NCBI GenBank assembly: GCA_965246885.1
Contig: OZ251992.1
Span: 1,504,001-1,568,000, forward strand
Length of the DNA: 64,000 nucleotides
Direction of reading: 5' to 3'
Source of the DNA: Abditibacterium sp.
Lineage (GTDB): Bacteria; Armatimonadota; Abditibacteriia; Abditibacteriales; Abditibacteriaceae
Part shown: piece by piece, positions 1 to 9,439 of the stretch
Layout of the letters: each line of letters starts with the position of its first letter
Numbering within the stretch: the stretch's first letter is position 1
The notes under the pieces: generated by a model
Told to the model about the DNA's origin: nothing
The model's input: the letters and a program-made list of their open reading frames with translations, nothing else
Databases searched by the model: none
Made by a program: the position numbers and the translations under genes

Positions 1-9
1 AGGGGGAGC

Positions 10-363
10 TTAGCGGTTCTGGTCGTCGTGGCGCTCTTGGCCATTGTGACGGCCTTGGCCGTTGTGCTTGTCGCGGTAGATGGCGCGGTCGGTGTTGTTC
101 AAGCGGTGTTGAAGGTTGCGGCGCTCGCGGCGGGTGAGCTTGCCATGATTGTGTTTGCGGTCGCGGTGTTCGGAGCGATGGATGCTCTTGTCGCGGTTCT
201 CCAAACGGTCAGCTTCGCGGCCCGTAAGCGAGCCGTTGCGCTCGCCCGCTTCGATGCGACCGTTCTGGTTGTGCAAGCGGTCGTTGACGGGCTGCGCGCT
301 CGCGCTCAGCGCCAAGAATCCGGCGAGGGCCGGAACAGTGACTAACAAGGTGGTGATCTTCAT
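10..363 (-). CDS. Small secreted Arg/His-rich hypothetical protein
   Basis: 117 aa with a signal peptide (MKITTLLVTVPALAGFLALSASA), a charged helical body and a purine-rich RBS upstream. Confidence 0.8.
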   Translation of the reverse strand: MKITTLLVTVPALAGFLALSASAQPVNDRLHNQNGRIEAGERNGSLTGREADRLENRDKSIHRSEHRDRKHNHGKLTRRERRNLQHRLNNTDRAIYRDKHNGQGRHNGQERHDDQNR

Positions 364-483
364 GGTGTTTCCTATTCCCTTTCCTTCGGGAACGCCCTGT
401 CAGACTGCGGCTGTTGGGCCATTGTTCATGGGCAGTTGTCCAGACAACGCGAAGGCACCGGCGCGGAACCCATTTTGCCCCTG

Positions 484-1278
484 ATGGGTGCCGTGAAACT
501 CCGCTCACTTTTCCTTAGCGCCGCCGCTCTCGGCGCGCTCGGTTCCTCCGCTTCCGCCAAAATCGTGACTAAAGCCGTTCCCTATCAATCGGGAGGCGTG
601 CAATGCGAGGGCTACCTCGCCTACGACGACGCGGCCCCCGGCAAACGGCCCGGCGTCTTGATTGCCCATCAGTGGCTCGGCCTCACCAAATACGAAAAGA
701 CGCGCGCGGTGCAGTTGGCCTCGCTCGGTTACGTCGCTTTCGCGCTTGATTTATACGGCAAAGACAACCGCCCCAAGGACACTGCCGAAGCCGGGAAGTT
801 GGCCGGACAGTTCAAGGCCAACCGGACGCTGTGGCGTGGGCGCGCGAACGACGGCTTGGCGACTTTGCGCGCGCAACCCAACGTGGACAGCGCCAACGTC
901 GCGGCCATTGGCTACTGTTTGGGCGGCGGGACGGTGCTTGAACTGGCCAGAAGCGGCGCCGATGTGAAGGGCGTGGTCAGCTTTCACGGTTCGCTCGATA
1001 CGCCTACACCCGAAGACGCCAAAAACATCAAGGGCAAGGTTTTGGTGCTGCACGGCGCGCTCGACCCGTTCTCGCCCATCCCCAGCGTGTTGGCGCTTTC
1101 GGACGAAATGAATAAAGCCAAGCGCGACTATCAAATCGTGTTGTATTCGGGCGCCGTGCACTCGTTTACGCAGCCCGAAGCAGGAAACGACCCGTCCAAG
1201 GGCGCCGCATATAACGCCGACGCCGACCGCCGCTCCTTCGAGGCGATGCTCGCTTTCTTCGACGAACTGTTCCGCTAA
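484..1278 (+). CDS. Dienelactone hydrolase family protein, secreted
   Basis: GYCLGG nucleophile motif, SFHG, HGALD and AVHSFT motifs; start 484 (ATG) or 493 (GTG). Confidence 0.9.
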   Translation: MGAVKLRSLFLSAAALGALGSSASAKIVTKAVPYQSGGVQCEGYLAYDDAAPGKRPGVLIAHQWLGLTKYEKTRAVQLASLGYVAFALDLYGKDNRPKDTAEAGKLAGQFKANRTLWRGRANDGLATLRAQPNVDSANVAAIGYCLGGGTVLELARSGADVKGVVSFHGSLDTPTPEDAKNIKGKVLVLHGALDPFSPIPSVLALSDEMNKAKRDYQIVLYSGAVHSFTQPEAGNDPSKGAAYNADADRRSFEAMLAFFDELFR

Positions 1279-1353
1279 AGCGAAACACGCCGGAAACAAA
1301 CGGGGAACGGCAGCTTTCTTGAGAAGTCCAGTCTCAGCTTCCGGAGGAGACCA

Positions 1354-1470
1354 ATGAGAAAACGCCGCAAACTGCTGTTTCTAACGTATTCCAGCTTCGC
1401 CCTGACGTGGCTGGGGCTGTGGATGGCGATGTGGATCGCCACACACGGCGCCCTCCTGACGGGCAACTAA
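1354..1470 (+). CDS. 38-aa single-pass membrane peptide (not in ORF track)
   Basis: GGAGGA RBS at 1343-1348; translates MRKRRKLLFLTYSSFALTWLGLWMAMWIATHGALLTGN*; terminator hairpin follows directly. Confidence 0.65.
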   Translation: MRKRRKLLFLTYSSFALTWLGLWMAMWIATHGALLTGN

Positions 1471-1502
1471 ACCGCCGCGAACAAGATGTTCGCGGCGGTT
1501 TT
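1469..1502. terminator. Bidirectional intrinsic terminator hairpin
   Basis: aaaccgccgcgaac-aagat-gttcgcggcggttt between convergent genes. Confidence 0.75.
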
Positions 1503-1505
1503 GCT

Positions 1506-3005
1506 TTAGCCCTTATGCCCGCGAATCGCGTCGGCGAGGGCTTCGACGCTTGCGCCCGCCGCTTCAACATCGGGGACGAGGCCGTTTTCCCGCGCGGTTT
1601 TCGCGGTGATGGGGCCAATGACGGCAACGCGAAACTGCGCGCGCTGCGCCAGCACGAACTCGCGCCCGACGGCATCAAGGAATCCCAACACGGTCGAGGA
1701 CGAAGTGAAACTGACCCAGTTGATCTCGCCGCGCGTCATTCGCTCGCGCACATCTTCCGCGTTGGAAGTGTCGGGGACAGTCCTGTAAACCGGGGCAATC
1801 ACGACCTTGGCGCCGCCTTCCATCAGGCGCGTTTCGAGCGCTTCGCGGCCTTCAAGGGCGCGCACGATGAGCACGCGCTCCCCGCCCGCGCCGCGCTCCA
1901 ACAATCCCACCGCGACCGCTTCGGAAATGGAGTTTTCCGGAACGTAATCGGCCTCGATGCCGCGCTTTTGCAGGGTGCGTTTGGTGGCGGGGCCAATCGC
2001 CGCGATTTGGCACGGGCCGAACGCGCGCGAATCCAAGCCGAAGTCGCGCAGCCGCCGAAAGAAAGCATCCACGCCGTTGGTCGAGGTAAAAACGATCCAC
2101 TCGTTGCGCATCAGGCGCGGGAGTTCCTCGTCCAACACGACGGTTTCCGCGAGCGGCTCGACGCGAATCGTGGGGCATTGCAGGACGCTCGCGCCCAACG
2201 CTTCCAACCCCGCAACGAGCGAGGACGCTTGCTCGCGGGCGCGCGTCACGACAACGGTTTGTCCCCACAAGGGCCGCGTATCGAACCAGCGCAGTTCGTC
2301 GCGCAGCTTCACGACTTCGCCGACAACGATGAGCGCGGGGGTTTTGAGGCCCGCGCGTTTGACTTCCTCTTCAATGGTGGCGAGCGTGCCGACGACGGTT
2401 TGCTGGAGCGTCGTCGTGCCCCAACGAATAACGGCAACGGGTTTATCGGGCGCGTCGCCGCGCTCGGTGAGCCGCTTCACGATGAGCGGGAGCGCCTTGA
2501 TTCCCATCAGGAACACGATGGTGTCCGCGACGGGTAGGGCGTCGGGCGGCGCGTCGTCACTCGCGGTGTGGCCGGTCACGACGGCGAAACTGGACGCATA
2601 ATCGCGGTGCGTGATGGGAATCCCCGCATACGCGGGCGCCGCGATGGAACTCGAAACGCCGGGAACGACTTGAAAGGGAATCTCGTTTTCGACGCACGCG
2701 AGCGCTTCCTCGCCGCCGCGCCCGAACACGAATGGGTCGCCGCCTTTCAAGCGGCACACGGAACAGCCGCCGCCCGCGCGGTCAACAAGCAGCGCGTTGA
2801 TTTCGTCCTGCGTCATCGAGTGCTGTCCCGACCGTTTGCCCACGAAAAGAAGCTCCGCGTCGTCGCGCGCGAGGTCGAGCAGTTCGCGGCCAATCAGCGC
2901 GTCGTAAACAATGCAGTCGCACTCCTGCAACAGTTCCAAGCCGCGCCGCGTCAGCAGTTTCGGATCGCCGGGGCCAGCGCCCACCAAGTACACGGTGCCG
3001 TTCAT
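1506..3005 (-). CDS. cobA: Uroporphyrinogen-III C-methyltransferase / uroporphyrinogen-III synthase fusion (CobA-HemD)
   Basis: VYLVGAGPGDP, RLKGGDPFVFGRGGEE, then a HemD domain (VVVTRAREQ, FTSTNGV, FTSSSTV, IGPITA). Confidence 0.95.
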   Translation of the reverse strand: MNGTVYLVGAGPGDPKLLTRRGLELLQECDCIVYDALIGRELLDLARDDAELLFVGKRSGQHSMTQDEINALLVDRAGGGCSVCRLKGGDPFVFGRGGEEALACVENEIPFQVVPGVSSSIAAPAYAGIPITHRDYASSFAVVTGHTASDDAPPDALPVADTIVFLMGIKALPLIVKRLTERGDAPDKPVAVIRWGTTTLQQTVVGTLATIEEEVKRAGLKTPALIVVGEVVKLRDELRWFDTRPLWGQTVVVTRAREQASSLVAGLEALGASVLQCPTIRVEPLAETVVLDEELPRLMRNEWIVFTSTNGVDAFFRRLRDFGLDSRAFGPCQIAAIGPATKRTLQKRGIEADYVPENSISEAVAVGLLERGAGGERVLIVRALEGREALETRLMEGGAKVVIAPVYRTVPDTSNAEDVRERMTRGEINWVSFTSSSTVLGFLDAVGREFVLAQRAQFRVAVIGPITAKTARENGLVPDVEAAGASVEALADAIRGHKG

Positions 3006-3050
3006 GCCTTCAGTGTGGCAAGGCGCGCTTCGCCTCGCGCGCCAACGGGT

Positions 3051-3260
3051 TCAAGCTGCTGTTTCTGGAAGTCAAGCTGCTGTGTCTTGGTCTCCAGAAA
3101 GAGTTTCTGGACACCAAGACACTCTTTCTGGAAGTCAAGCTGCTCTCTCTGGAAGTCAAGCTGCTCTTTCTGGAGTTCCAGAAACTCTTTCTGGAAGCCA
3201 AGAAACTCTCTCTGGAACTCCAGAAACTCCGTCTGGACGCCAAGAAACAGCAGCTTGACG
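3051..3260. repeat. Ten-unit 21-bp tandem array of palindromic units with 16-bp terminal inverted repeats
   Basis: Units such as tccagaaa-ctc-tttctgga-ag; 3051-3066 tcaagctgctgtttct is the exact reverse complement of 3243-3258. Confidence 0.95.
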
Positions 3261-3292
3261 CCCCACGCCCGTCGCTTTGGGTGCGGCGTTTC

Positions 3293-5524
3293 TCAGGGCG
3301 TGTCCCGCACGAAGGCATCCGCCGCGCGCAGGGCAAGCGCCATAATTGTCAGCGCGGGGTTCACGTCGAGGGCGCTGGGAAAGATGGAGTTATCGCACAG
3401 CCACAAGTTGGGAATCTCGTGCGAGCGGCCCCACTTGTCCACAACGGAAGCGGAAGCGTCGTCGCCCATCATGGCGGTGCCGATAACGTGGGCGTGGCGG
3501 TTGAAACTCCACATCTCCTTGGCGCCCGCAGCCGCGAAGATGTCGCGCATCAACTTTTCCGAGTGCGCGGCCATTCGCTTCTCGTTGTCTCCCTCGGTGA
3601 AATGCAAACGCGGCTTGGGCAATCCGCGCCCGTCGCGTTCGTCCGAGAGTTCGAGGAAGTTGCCCGCGTAGGGCAAGCAGTCGCCGAGGATATTGATGCC
3701 CGCCGTGCGGTTATAGCCGTTCAAGTGGTCGCGCAGTTCGGGGCCGAACTTCTTCTCGCCGCGCGCGTATTGGCTGGCGTAGGTGACGGGCATCACGCCG
3801 AGCGACTGGAGCAAGTAACCGCCCGCGAAGTCGGCATCCTTGGGCCGGTGCGTGTCGTGCGAGATGAGGCCGCCGGGGATGCCTTTGTAGGGGCGCGTTT
3901 CGTCCTCGAACTGCGCCCACACTTGCATGCCGGGATGCGCCATAAAGTTGCGCCCGACTTGCCCGCTCGCGTTGCAAAGCCCGTTAAGCAGCAACAAGCG
4001 CGGCGTTTCGACGGCGCCCGCGCACAGAAAGAGGGCCTTGGTCTTCTGCCGATGTTCGTTGCCCTGCGCGTCGGTGTAAACGACCGCGACGACTTTGCCG
4101 CCGCTTGTTTCAATGCGCGTGAAGAACGATTCGGGGCGGATTTCCGCTCCCTTGCTGACGGCAAAGGGAATCCAAGTGACATCCACGCTCGACTTACCGC
4201 CCGTCGAACATCCCGCCTGACAGAAGCCGCGATTGGAACAGGCCGCGCGCCAGCCGACGCCGTTTTGGAAATACGGCGCGGACAAGGCGGCGTTGGGCGC
4301 GGCGGAGGTCTTGATGCCGAGAGCGTCGCAGCCGCGTTGCATCAGTTGCGCTCCGGCGTTGAGCGGGAGCGGCGCGAGGGGATAAGCCCTACGCGGCGGC
4401 CCCCAAGGATACGGGCTGGGGCCGGAAACGCCGATGAACGCTTCCACTTCGTCGTAATACGGCTCCAAATCTTCGTAGCCGAGCGGCCAATCGAACCCGA
4501 CGCCGAAATCGCTTTTCAAGCGGAAATCTTCGGGCAGGGCGCGCGGCGTGTAAGCGGTGTAATGGATGGTCGAGCCGCCCACGCCGATGCCAGAGTTGTT
4601 GGAGCCGAACGCGACAGGGTTGTCGCCCGCCGACAAACGCTCGTCCAGCCAAAACAAAAAGCCTTGCGCGCGCTCGTCGGTGGCAAAATTGCGCGGGTCG
4701 TGCCACTTGCCCGCTTCCAAAGCGACGACGTTCAAACCCTTAGACGCCAAGCGCGCCAACAACGGGCCTCCCCCGGCGCCCGTGCCGATGACAACGGCGT
4801 CCACTTCGTCATCGTTCGAGAATCGGCGCATGTTGCCGAGCGATTCCGGCGCGATATTCTTCCACTCAGTTACTTGCGCCGACGACAGAACTATGTCTAC
4901 CGACGGTTGACTTACGTGCGCCGACGGTTGACTTACGTGCGCCAACGGTTGACTTACATCGGTCAAAGGCTCACCGGCGTGATTCTGCGGTTCGCGCGCG
5001 TGCCGCTCGGTCAGCCCGATGCGCGTCCACCCCAGCGCGTCGGCGAAGCCCGCGTAGTTTTGTCCGGCCTGAGTCGAAGGAAGCGCGGCGTAGTTCTCGA
5101 CGACCTCGGCCAGAAAATCAGAAAAGAAGCGGTGCGCGTCGAAGCCGTCGGGGAGCGTCGTGAGCGAGCCGTCGCGCACGTCAACCAGCAGGCCGCTTTG
5201 GTCGTCGGCGTCGGCTTCATCAAAACCGCGCGCACGTAGCGCCGCAAGCACGATGGAGATGGCTTGCCCGTCTTCTGGCAAAGACGCGAAGCGCCAACCG
5301 TTGCCGGTGCCTTTTCCGAGCCGCTCGTCTATGTTGGACGCGATGCGCTCGCCCGCCGCGTCCTCGGTCAGGCGCGCGCAGACGGCGCGAAGCGTGGTGT
5401 AGTCGGCGGGCGAAAAGAAGGTTGGCTCGGCGTTGGGATGGGCGCGCAACCGCTCATGAATGGCGGCGCGCGTGGCGGGCGAGACGGCGTCGGAAGCGAG
5501 CAGGTCGAGGAAATAATCGGGCAT
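3293..5524 (-). CDS. GMC family oxidoreductase with fused N-terminal gluconate 2-dehydrogenase subunit-3-like domain
   Basis: VVIGTGAGG FAD motif, GVGGSTIHY, CSNRGFCQAGC, HVIGTAMMG, NPALTIMALALR; N-terminal ~175 aa resembles the subunit 3 family. Confidence 0.88.
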   Translation of the reverse strand: MPDYFLDLLASDAVSPATRAAIHERLRAHPNAEPTFFSPADYTTLRAVCARLTEDAAGERIASNIDERLGKGTGNGWRFASLPEDGQAISIVLAALRARGFDEADADDQSGLLVDVRDGSLTTLPDGFDAHRFFSDFLAEVVENYAALPSTQAGQNYAGFADALGWTRIGLTERHAREPQNHAGEPLTDVSQPLAHVSQPSAHVSQPSVDIVLSSAQVTEWKNIAPESLGNMRRFSNDDEVDAVVIGTGAGGGPLLARLASKGLNVVALEAGKWHDPRNFATDERAQGFLFWLDERLSAGDNPVAFGSNNSGIGVGGSTIHYTAYTPRALPEDFRLKSDFGVGFDWPLGYEDLEPYYDEVEAFIGVSGPSPYPWGPPRRAYPLAPLPLNAGAQLMQRGCDALGIKTSAAPNAALSAPYFQNGVGWRAACSNRGFCQAGCSTGGKSSVDVTWIPFAVSKGAEIRPESFFTRIETSGGKVVAVVYTDAQGNEHRQKTKALFLCAGAVETPRLLLLNGLCNASGQVGRNFMAHPGMQVWAQFEDETRPYKGIPGGLISHDTHRPKDADFAGGYLLQSLGVMPVTYASQYARGEKKFGPELRDHLNGYNRTAGINILGDCLPYAGNFLELSDERDGRGLPKPRLHFTEGDNEKRMAAHSEKLMRDIFAAAGAKEMWSFNRHAHVIGTAMMGDDASASVVDKWGRSHEIPNLWLCDNSIFPSALDVNPALTIMALALRAADAFVRDTP
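4879..4983. repeat. 21-bp tandem array inside the GMC gene, encoding a heptad linker
   Basis: ccgacggttgacttacgtgcg twice exactly, plus degenerate copies; protein LTDVSQP-LAHVSQP-SAHVSQP-SVDIVLS. Confidence 0.9.
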
Positions 5525-5563
5525 CGGGGGGAAAGGCGCAAAGCGTGTTCCGACGGAAGCCGG

Positions 5564-6322
5564 TTATTTGTCCACCCACTCACACTCCAACTCCAACCGC
5601 GCCCCTTGGCCACGAAAGGTGCCCCGGTGCGGGGCGCAGTCGTGGAAGTCGCGGCCTTTGGCGACGGGCAGGTATCCCGCGCCCGCACTTCGTCCGTGCG
5701 TTGGGTCGAGGGCGTGCCACGCGCGCTCAAACGCCACTTCCACCCACGCATGAAGCGCACCGGGAAAAGGGCCAAAGCCCGCGACATAGCGCGCGGGCAA
5801 GCCAGAAGCACGCGCCAAGCCGAGCAGAACGTGCGCGAAGTCAGCGCAACTACCGCTCTTCTGCTCCCAGACGTCCGCCGCGCGGCGCGGGGCGTCCGCC
5901 GTTTCATGGCGGTAGGCGAGCGACTGGAAAACGAGGGCGTTCAGCGCGTCCGCGCGCTCCCGGCCCGGAAGCGCGCGCATCTCGCGCCCGATTGCTACGA
6001 ACTCTGGCGCGAAGGGAACGGCGCGCGAGGGAAGTTTCCAGTGGCTGAGCGCGCCCCGTTCGAGCGGCTCGGCGGCGGGCGGAGCGCCTGTTTCGATGAG
6101 GAGCGATAAGCAAAACTCACGCTCGATGCGCGCGTGGCAAAGCGAGAGAACGCGATTACCGAAGCGGTCGGTGACTTCGCTTTGGGCGGAGGGTGGGGGG
6201 GAAATGGCAAGCGTTTCCCCCGCGCCCATCCTTTCGGGGCGCGGCAGAACGCGCAGGATGCGCCGGCAGTCGCGCGCGGGCACGTCGTAGAGAACGCGCA
6301 ACTCCAAGCGGACGCGCTCCAT
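5564..6322 (-). CDS. Transglutaminase-like protein (bacterial N-terminal domain plus core)
   Basis: DRFGN motif; catalytic GSCADFAH, HAWVE and DPT; GRDFHDCAP. Confidence 0.9.
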   Translation of the reverse strand: MERVRLELRVLYDVPARDCRRILRVLPRPERMGAGETLAISPPPSAQSEVTDRFGNRVLSLCHARIEREFCLSLLIETGAPPAAEPLERGALSHWKLPSRAVPFAPEFVAIGREMRALPGRERADALNALVFQSLAYRHETADAPRRAADVWEQKSGSCADFAHVLLGLARASGLPARYVAGFGPFPGALHAWVEVAFERAWHALDPTHGRSAGAGYLPVAKGRDFHDCAPHRGTFRGQGARLELECEWVDK

Positions 6323-7012
6323 TTAAGCCCCCGACGGGTCAATCAGGCTGTAGCCGATGCCGCGAATGGTCTTGAGGAGCGGCTTGTCGAAGGGCCGGTC
6401 TATCTTGCGGCGCAGGTAAGAGATGTAGACCTCCAACACGTTGTCTTGGCCGCCGAAGTCGTAGTCCCACACGCTTTCCATGAGTTCGCGGCGGCTCATG
6501 ACGCGGCCCGCGTTCTTCATTAGGGTTTCGAGCAGGCTGTACTCGGTCGCGGAAAAGGTGATCGTTTGTCCGGCGCGCGTGGCGCGGCGCGTGAGCGGAT
6601 CGAGTTCCAACTCGCCCACGCGCAACTTGGTCGAACCTGCCGTCGGGTATCCGGCACGGCGCAGGAGGGCGCGGGCGCGGGCCAGCAGTTCGGGCACCAC
6701 GAACGGCTTGCCCAAATAGTCGTCGGCGCCCGCATCAAGGCCCTTAATTTTGTCTTCAACGGAGTCGAGCGAGGTCAGGATGAGGATGGGCGTCAGGATG
6801 TTGCGGTCGCGCAGGGAACGGCACACCTCGAAACCGGTGCGTTTGGGCAGCACCACGTCCAAAATGATGAGGTCAAACGCGGTGTCGCGCGCGGCGTCCA
6901 AGGCGCTTTCGCCGTCGGCAAGCGCCGTCACCCGAAAACCGCTTTCGTCCAGTACTTGCGCGAGCAGTTCGCGCATCTCGTCGTCGTCTTCTACCACCAG
7001 TGCTTGGTTCAT
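6323..7012 (-). CDS. OmpR/PhoB-family response regulator (no kinase adjacent)
   Basis: LVVEDD, ILDVVLP, GADDYLGKPF, winged-helix TIRGIGY. Confidence 0.95.
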   Translation of the reverse strand: MNQALVVEDDDEMRELLAQVLDESGFRVTALADGESALDAARDTAFDLIILDVVLPKRTGFEVCRSLRDRNILTPILILTSLDSVEDKIKGLDAGADDYLGKPFVVPELLARARALLRRAGYPTAGSTKLRVGELELDPLTRRATRAGQTITFSATEYSLLETLMKNAGRVMSRRELMESVWDYDFGGQDNVLEVYISYLRRKIDRPFDKPLLKTIRGIGYSLIDPSGA

Positions 7013-7252
7013 TGTTACCTCGAAAGTTAATAAAAAGAAAAGCGCGCCTTGGATGGCCAGACGCTCGCGCTTGAAGCCAAAACAGCCGTCATCGTGGCGC
7101 CCTTAGTTTGTCCTGTTCCCCCTCGGCGCGTGCAAACGGGCAAGTGAGGGCGCCAAAGCGCGAAAAATGGGGAACGAGAGGGGGGAGTTGCGGGTCTACA
7201 AGGGGTCGCGCCGGAAGAGACCCTCTTCAAGGCGGCGCGGCCCTTGAACATC

Positions 7253-8893
7253 ATGACTTCTTCCGCAAAAGAAGCGCGCGTCGCCGAGCTACTCCAAGAC
7301 CTCGACGGCAAAAGCGAAACCACACAGCGCCCCATTATAGACGAGATCGTGCGTATGGGCCAAATCGCTGTCAAGCCTCTTTCCAAAGCCCTTTCCTCCG
7401 GCGCGTCGTTCCAAGTTCGCATGGCGTCCGCGACGGCGCTGGGCGAACTGGCCGACGAAGCCTCCGTCGAGCCGCTCGTGGCCGCGCTGGGCGACTCCAG
7501 CCTCAACGTGCAACGCGCCGCCGTCAACGCGCTTTCCCTGCTCGGCTCGCCCGCCGTGCCGCCGCTCCTTATTTCGCTCGATTCGCCCGAAGAGTCCGTG
7601 CGCCGGTGGAGCGCCGAAGTTTTGGGGCGCGTGGGAACGATGGACATCGCGCCGCTTCTGATTGAGCGGCTTCCCGGCGAAGTCCTCGACGTGCAAAAGC
7701 ACATGATCGTCGCGCTGGGCGAACTGCGCCACAAGGACGCCACGCCCGTCTTGATGCCGTTCTTGGAGTCGGACAACATAGACCTCATCCGCCAAACGGC
7801 GGTCGCGCTGGGCCAAATCCAAGACAAACGCGCCGTTGACGGCCTGATAGACATCCTCGAATCTTCCTCGGTTGAAGTGCGCAAAGACGCGGCGGTGGCT
7901 CTGGTGGAGATCGGCAAAGAATCGCCCAAAGAAGCCGTTGATGCCTTGACGCGCGCCCTGGTGCACCCCAACCACAATGTGCGCTTGGCGGCGGCGGAAG
8001 CGTTGGGGCAACTCAAATCCAAGCGCGCGAGTGATGCCCTCGTCCTCGCCTTGAAAGACGACAACGTGCGCGTGCGGCGCTATGCGGCCCTTGCGTTGGG
8101 CGAAATCGGCGACGCCAAAGTCGCCAAGTCGCTGCAAGTATTGCTGGAAGATAAGGTGCAAGACGTGCGTTATTCGGCAGTCAAAGCCGTCGCGGGCATC
8201 GGCGGCCAAGCGGCTATCGCGCCGCTCACAACTGCTTTGAGTGACCCCGACTGGGTGGTGCGCTTAGCCGCCGCGCAGGGGCTGGGCAAGATGAAGTCGG
8301 ACACCTCCGTCGGCCCGCTTTGCGAGGCGCTTAAAGACCCCGAATGGAGCGTGCGCTATCACGCGGCGCTCGCGTTGGGCGACATCGGCAAGCTCGAAGC
8401 GGTGATGCCGCTCATCAAAACGCTGCGCGACCCGCGCGAGGGCGTGCGGCGCGGCGTCGTCGAGTCGCTCGGACGCTTGGGCGACAAGCGCGCCGTTCCC
8501 GCTTTGGAGCGCCAGCGCAAAATCGAGGAAACCGACGGCGCCAAACTCGCCATCGCCATGATAGACATGGTGCTTCCCGGCCTCAAGCGCGGCAAAAAGT
8601 TCGAGCCGAAACCGGAGCAGCGCTTCCAACCGGCGCCCATCATCAACTCGGCGACCATTAAGCCCAAAGCCGCGATTCTGGCCGCGCAAGAAGCGCACGC
8701 GCGCATGGCCGCTGAAGCAGCCGCCGCCGCTTCGCGCGAGGACGCCGACGATACCGTTGACGCCGCGATGGATCCGGCCCTGCTCGGTGACGGCGACCTC
8801 GCCGTCGCCGCCATCGCGGGCGGCGACCTCGACGCCGAACTGTCCGTAGACATCACGTCGGGCGATTCGGGCGAACTGGGCGAGGGAATTTAA
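7253..8893 (+). CDS. HEAT-repeat (PBS-lyase-like) protein
   Basis: Many VRxxAAxALGxxG repeats and an acidic C-terminal tail; TTG at 7244 is an alternative start. Confidence 0.9.
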   Translation: MTSSAKEARVAELLQDLDGKSETTQRPIIDEIVRMGQIAVKPLSKALSSGASFQVRMASATALGELADEASVEPLVAALGDSSLNVQRAAVNALSLLGSPAVPPLLISLDSPEESVRRWSAEVLGRVGTMDIAPLLIERLPGEVLDVQKHMIVALGELRHKDATPVLMPFLESDNIDLIRQTAVALGQIQDKRAVDGLIDILESSSVEVRKDAAVALVEIGKESPKEAVDALTRALVHPNHNVRLAAAEALGQLKSKRASDALVLALKDDNVRVRRYAALALGEIGDAKVAKSLQVLLEDKVQDVRYSAVKAVAGIGGQAAIAPLTTALSDPDWVVRLAAAQGLGKMKSDTSVGPLCEALKDPEWSVRYHAALALGDIGKLEAVMPLIKTLRDPREGVRRGVVESLGRLGDKRAVPALERQRKIEETDGAKLAIAMIDMVLPGLKRGKKFEPKPEQRFQPAPIINSATIKPKAAILAAQEAHARMAAEAAAAASREDADDTVDAAMDPALLGDGDLAVAAIAGGDLDAELSVDITSGDSGELGEGI

Positions 8894-8911
8894 CTTTTTC
8901 CCTCTGGGGCC

Positions 8912-9394
8912 ATGAAAAAGAAACCTCCCAAACTGCTCGGCGACGAAACCATCGCGCTTAACCGGCGCGCACGGCACGACTACGAAATCGCCGACTCGCT
9001 CGAAGCGGGCATGGTGCTCACGGGCAGCGAAGTCAAGTCGCTGCGCACCGGCGGCGCGCAAATCGCTGAAGCGTACGCCACGATAGACGCCATTCGTGGT
9101 GGCGGCGCCGAAGCGTGGATTTACGGGATGTACATCCCGCCCTACAAGCCCGCGACCTATAACAACGTGGATTCGCGCCGCAAGCGCAAGCTCCTGCTCC
9201 ATCGCTCGCAAATCAACAAGCTCATCGGCCAAAGCGCGCAGAAGGGCTACACGCTCATCCCCCTGAAGCTCTACTTCGCGCGTGGTCGCGCTAAGATAGA
9301 AATCGGCCTCGCCAAAGGCCGCGCCACGCACGACAAGCGCCGCGCCATCGCCGAACGCGAGATCAAGCGCGACTTGGCGCGCGAGGGGAACTAA
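8912..9394 (+). CDS. smpB: SsrA-binding protein SmpB
   Basis: NRRARHDY, EAGMVLTGSEVKSLR, RKRKLLLH, GYTLIPL, HDKR. Confidence 0.97.
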   Translation: MKKKPPKLLGDETIALNRRARHDYEIADSLEAGMVLTGSEVKSLRTGGAQIAEAYATIDAIRGGGAEAWIYGMYIPPYKPATYNNVDSRRKRKLLLHRSQINKLIGQSAQKGYTLIPLKLYFARGRAKIEIGLAKGRATHDKRRAIAEREIKRDLAREGN

Positions 9395-9439
9395 GACTAC
9401 CGGTTCCCACGCGGCGCTTGCTTAACTCTGCGGCACCTT

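Noticed and set aside
3051..3260. CRISPR or other guide-RNA array
   Set aside because: Units are contiguous 21-mers with no unique spacers and no cas-like gene in the window; the same applies to the other 21-bp arrays
1407..5239. Long plus-strand ORFs (1407-2537, 2568-3671, 3281-5239)
   Set aside because: Antisense shadows of cobA and the GMC gene, typical of high-GC DNA, with no protein motifs
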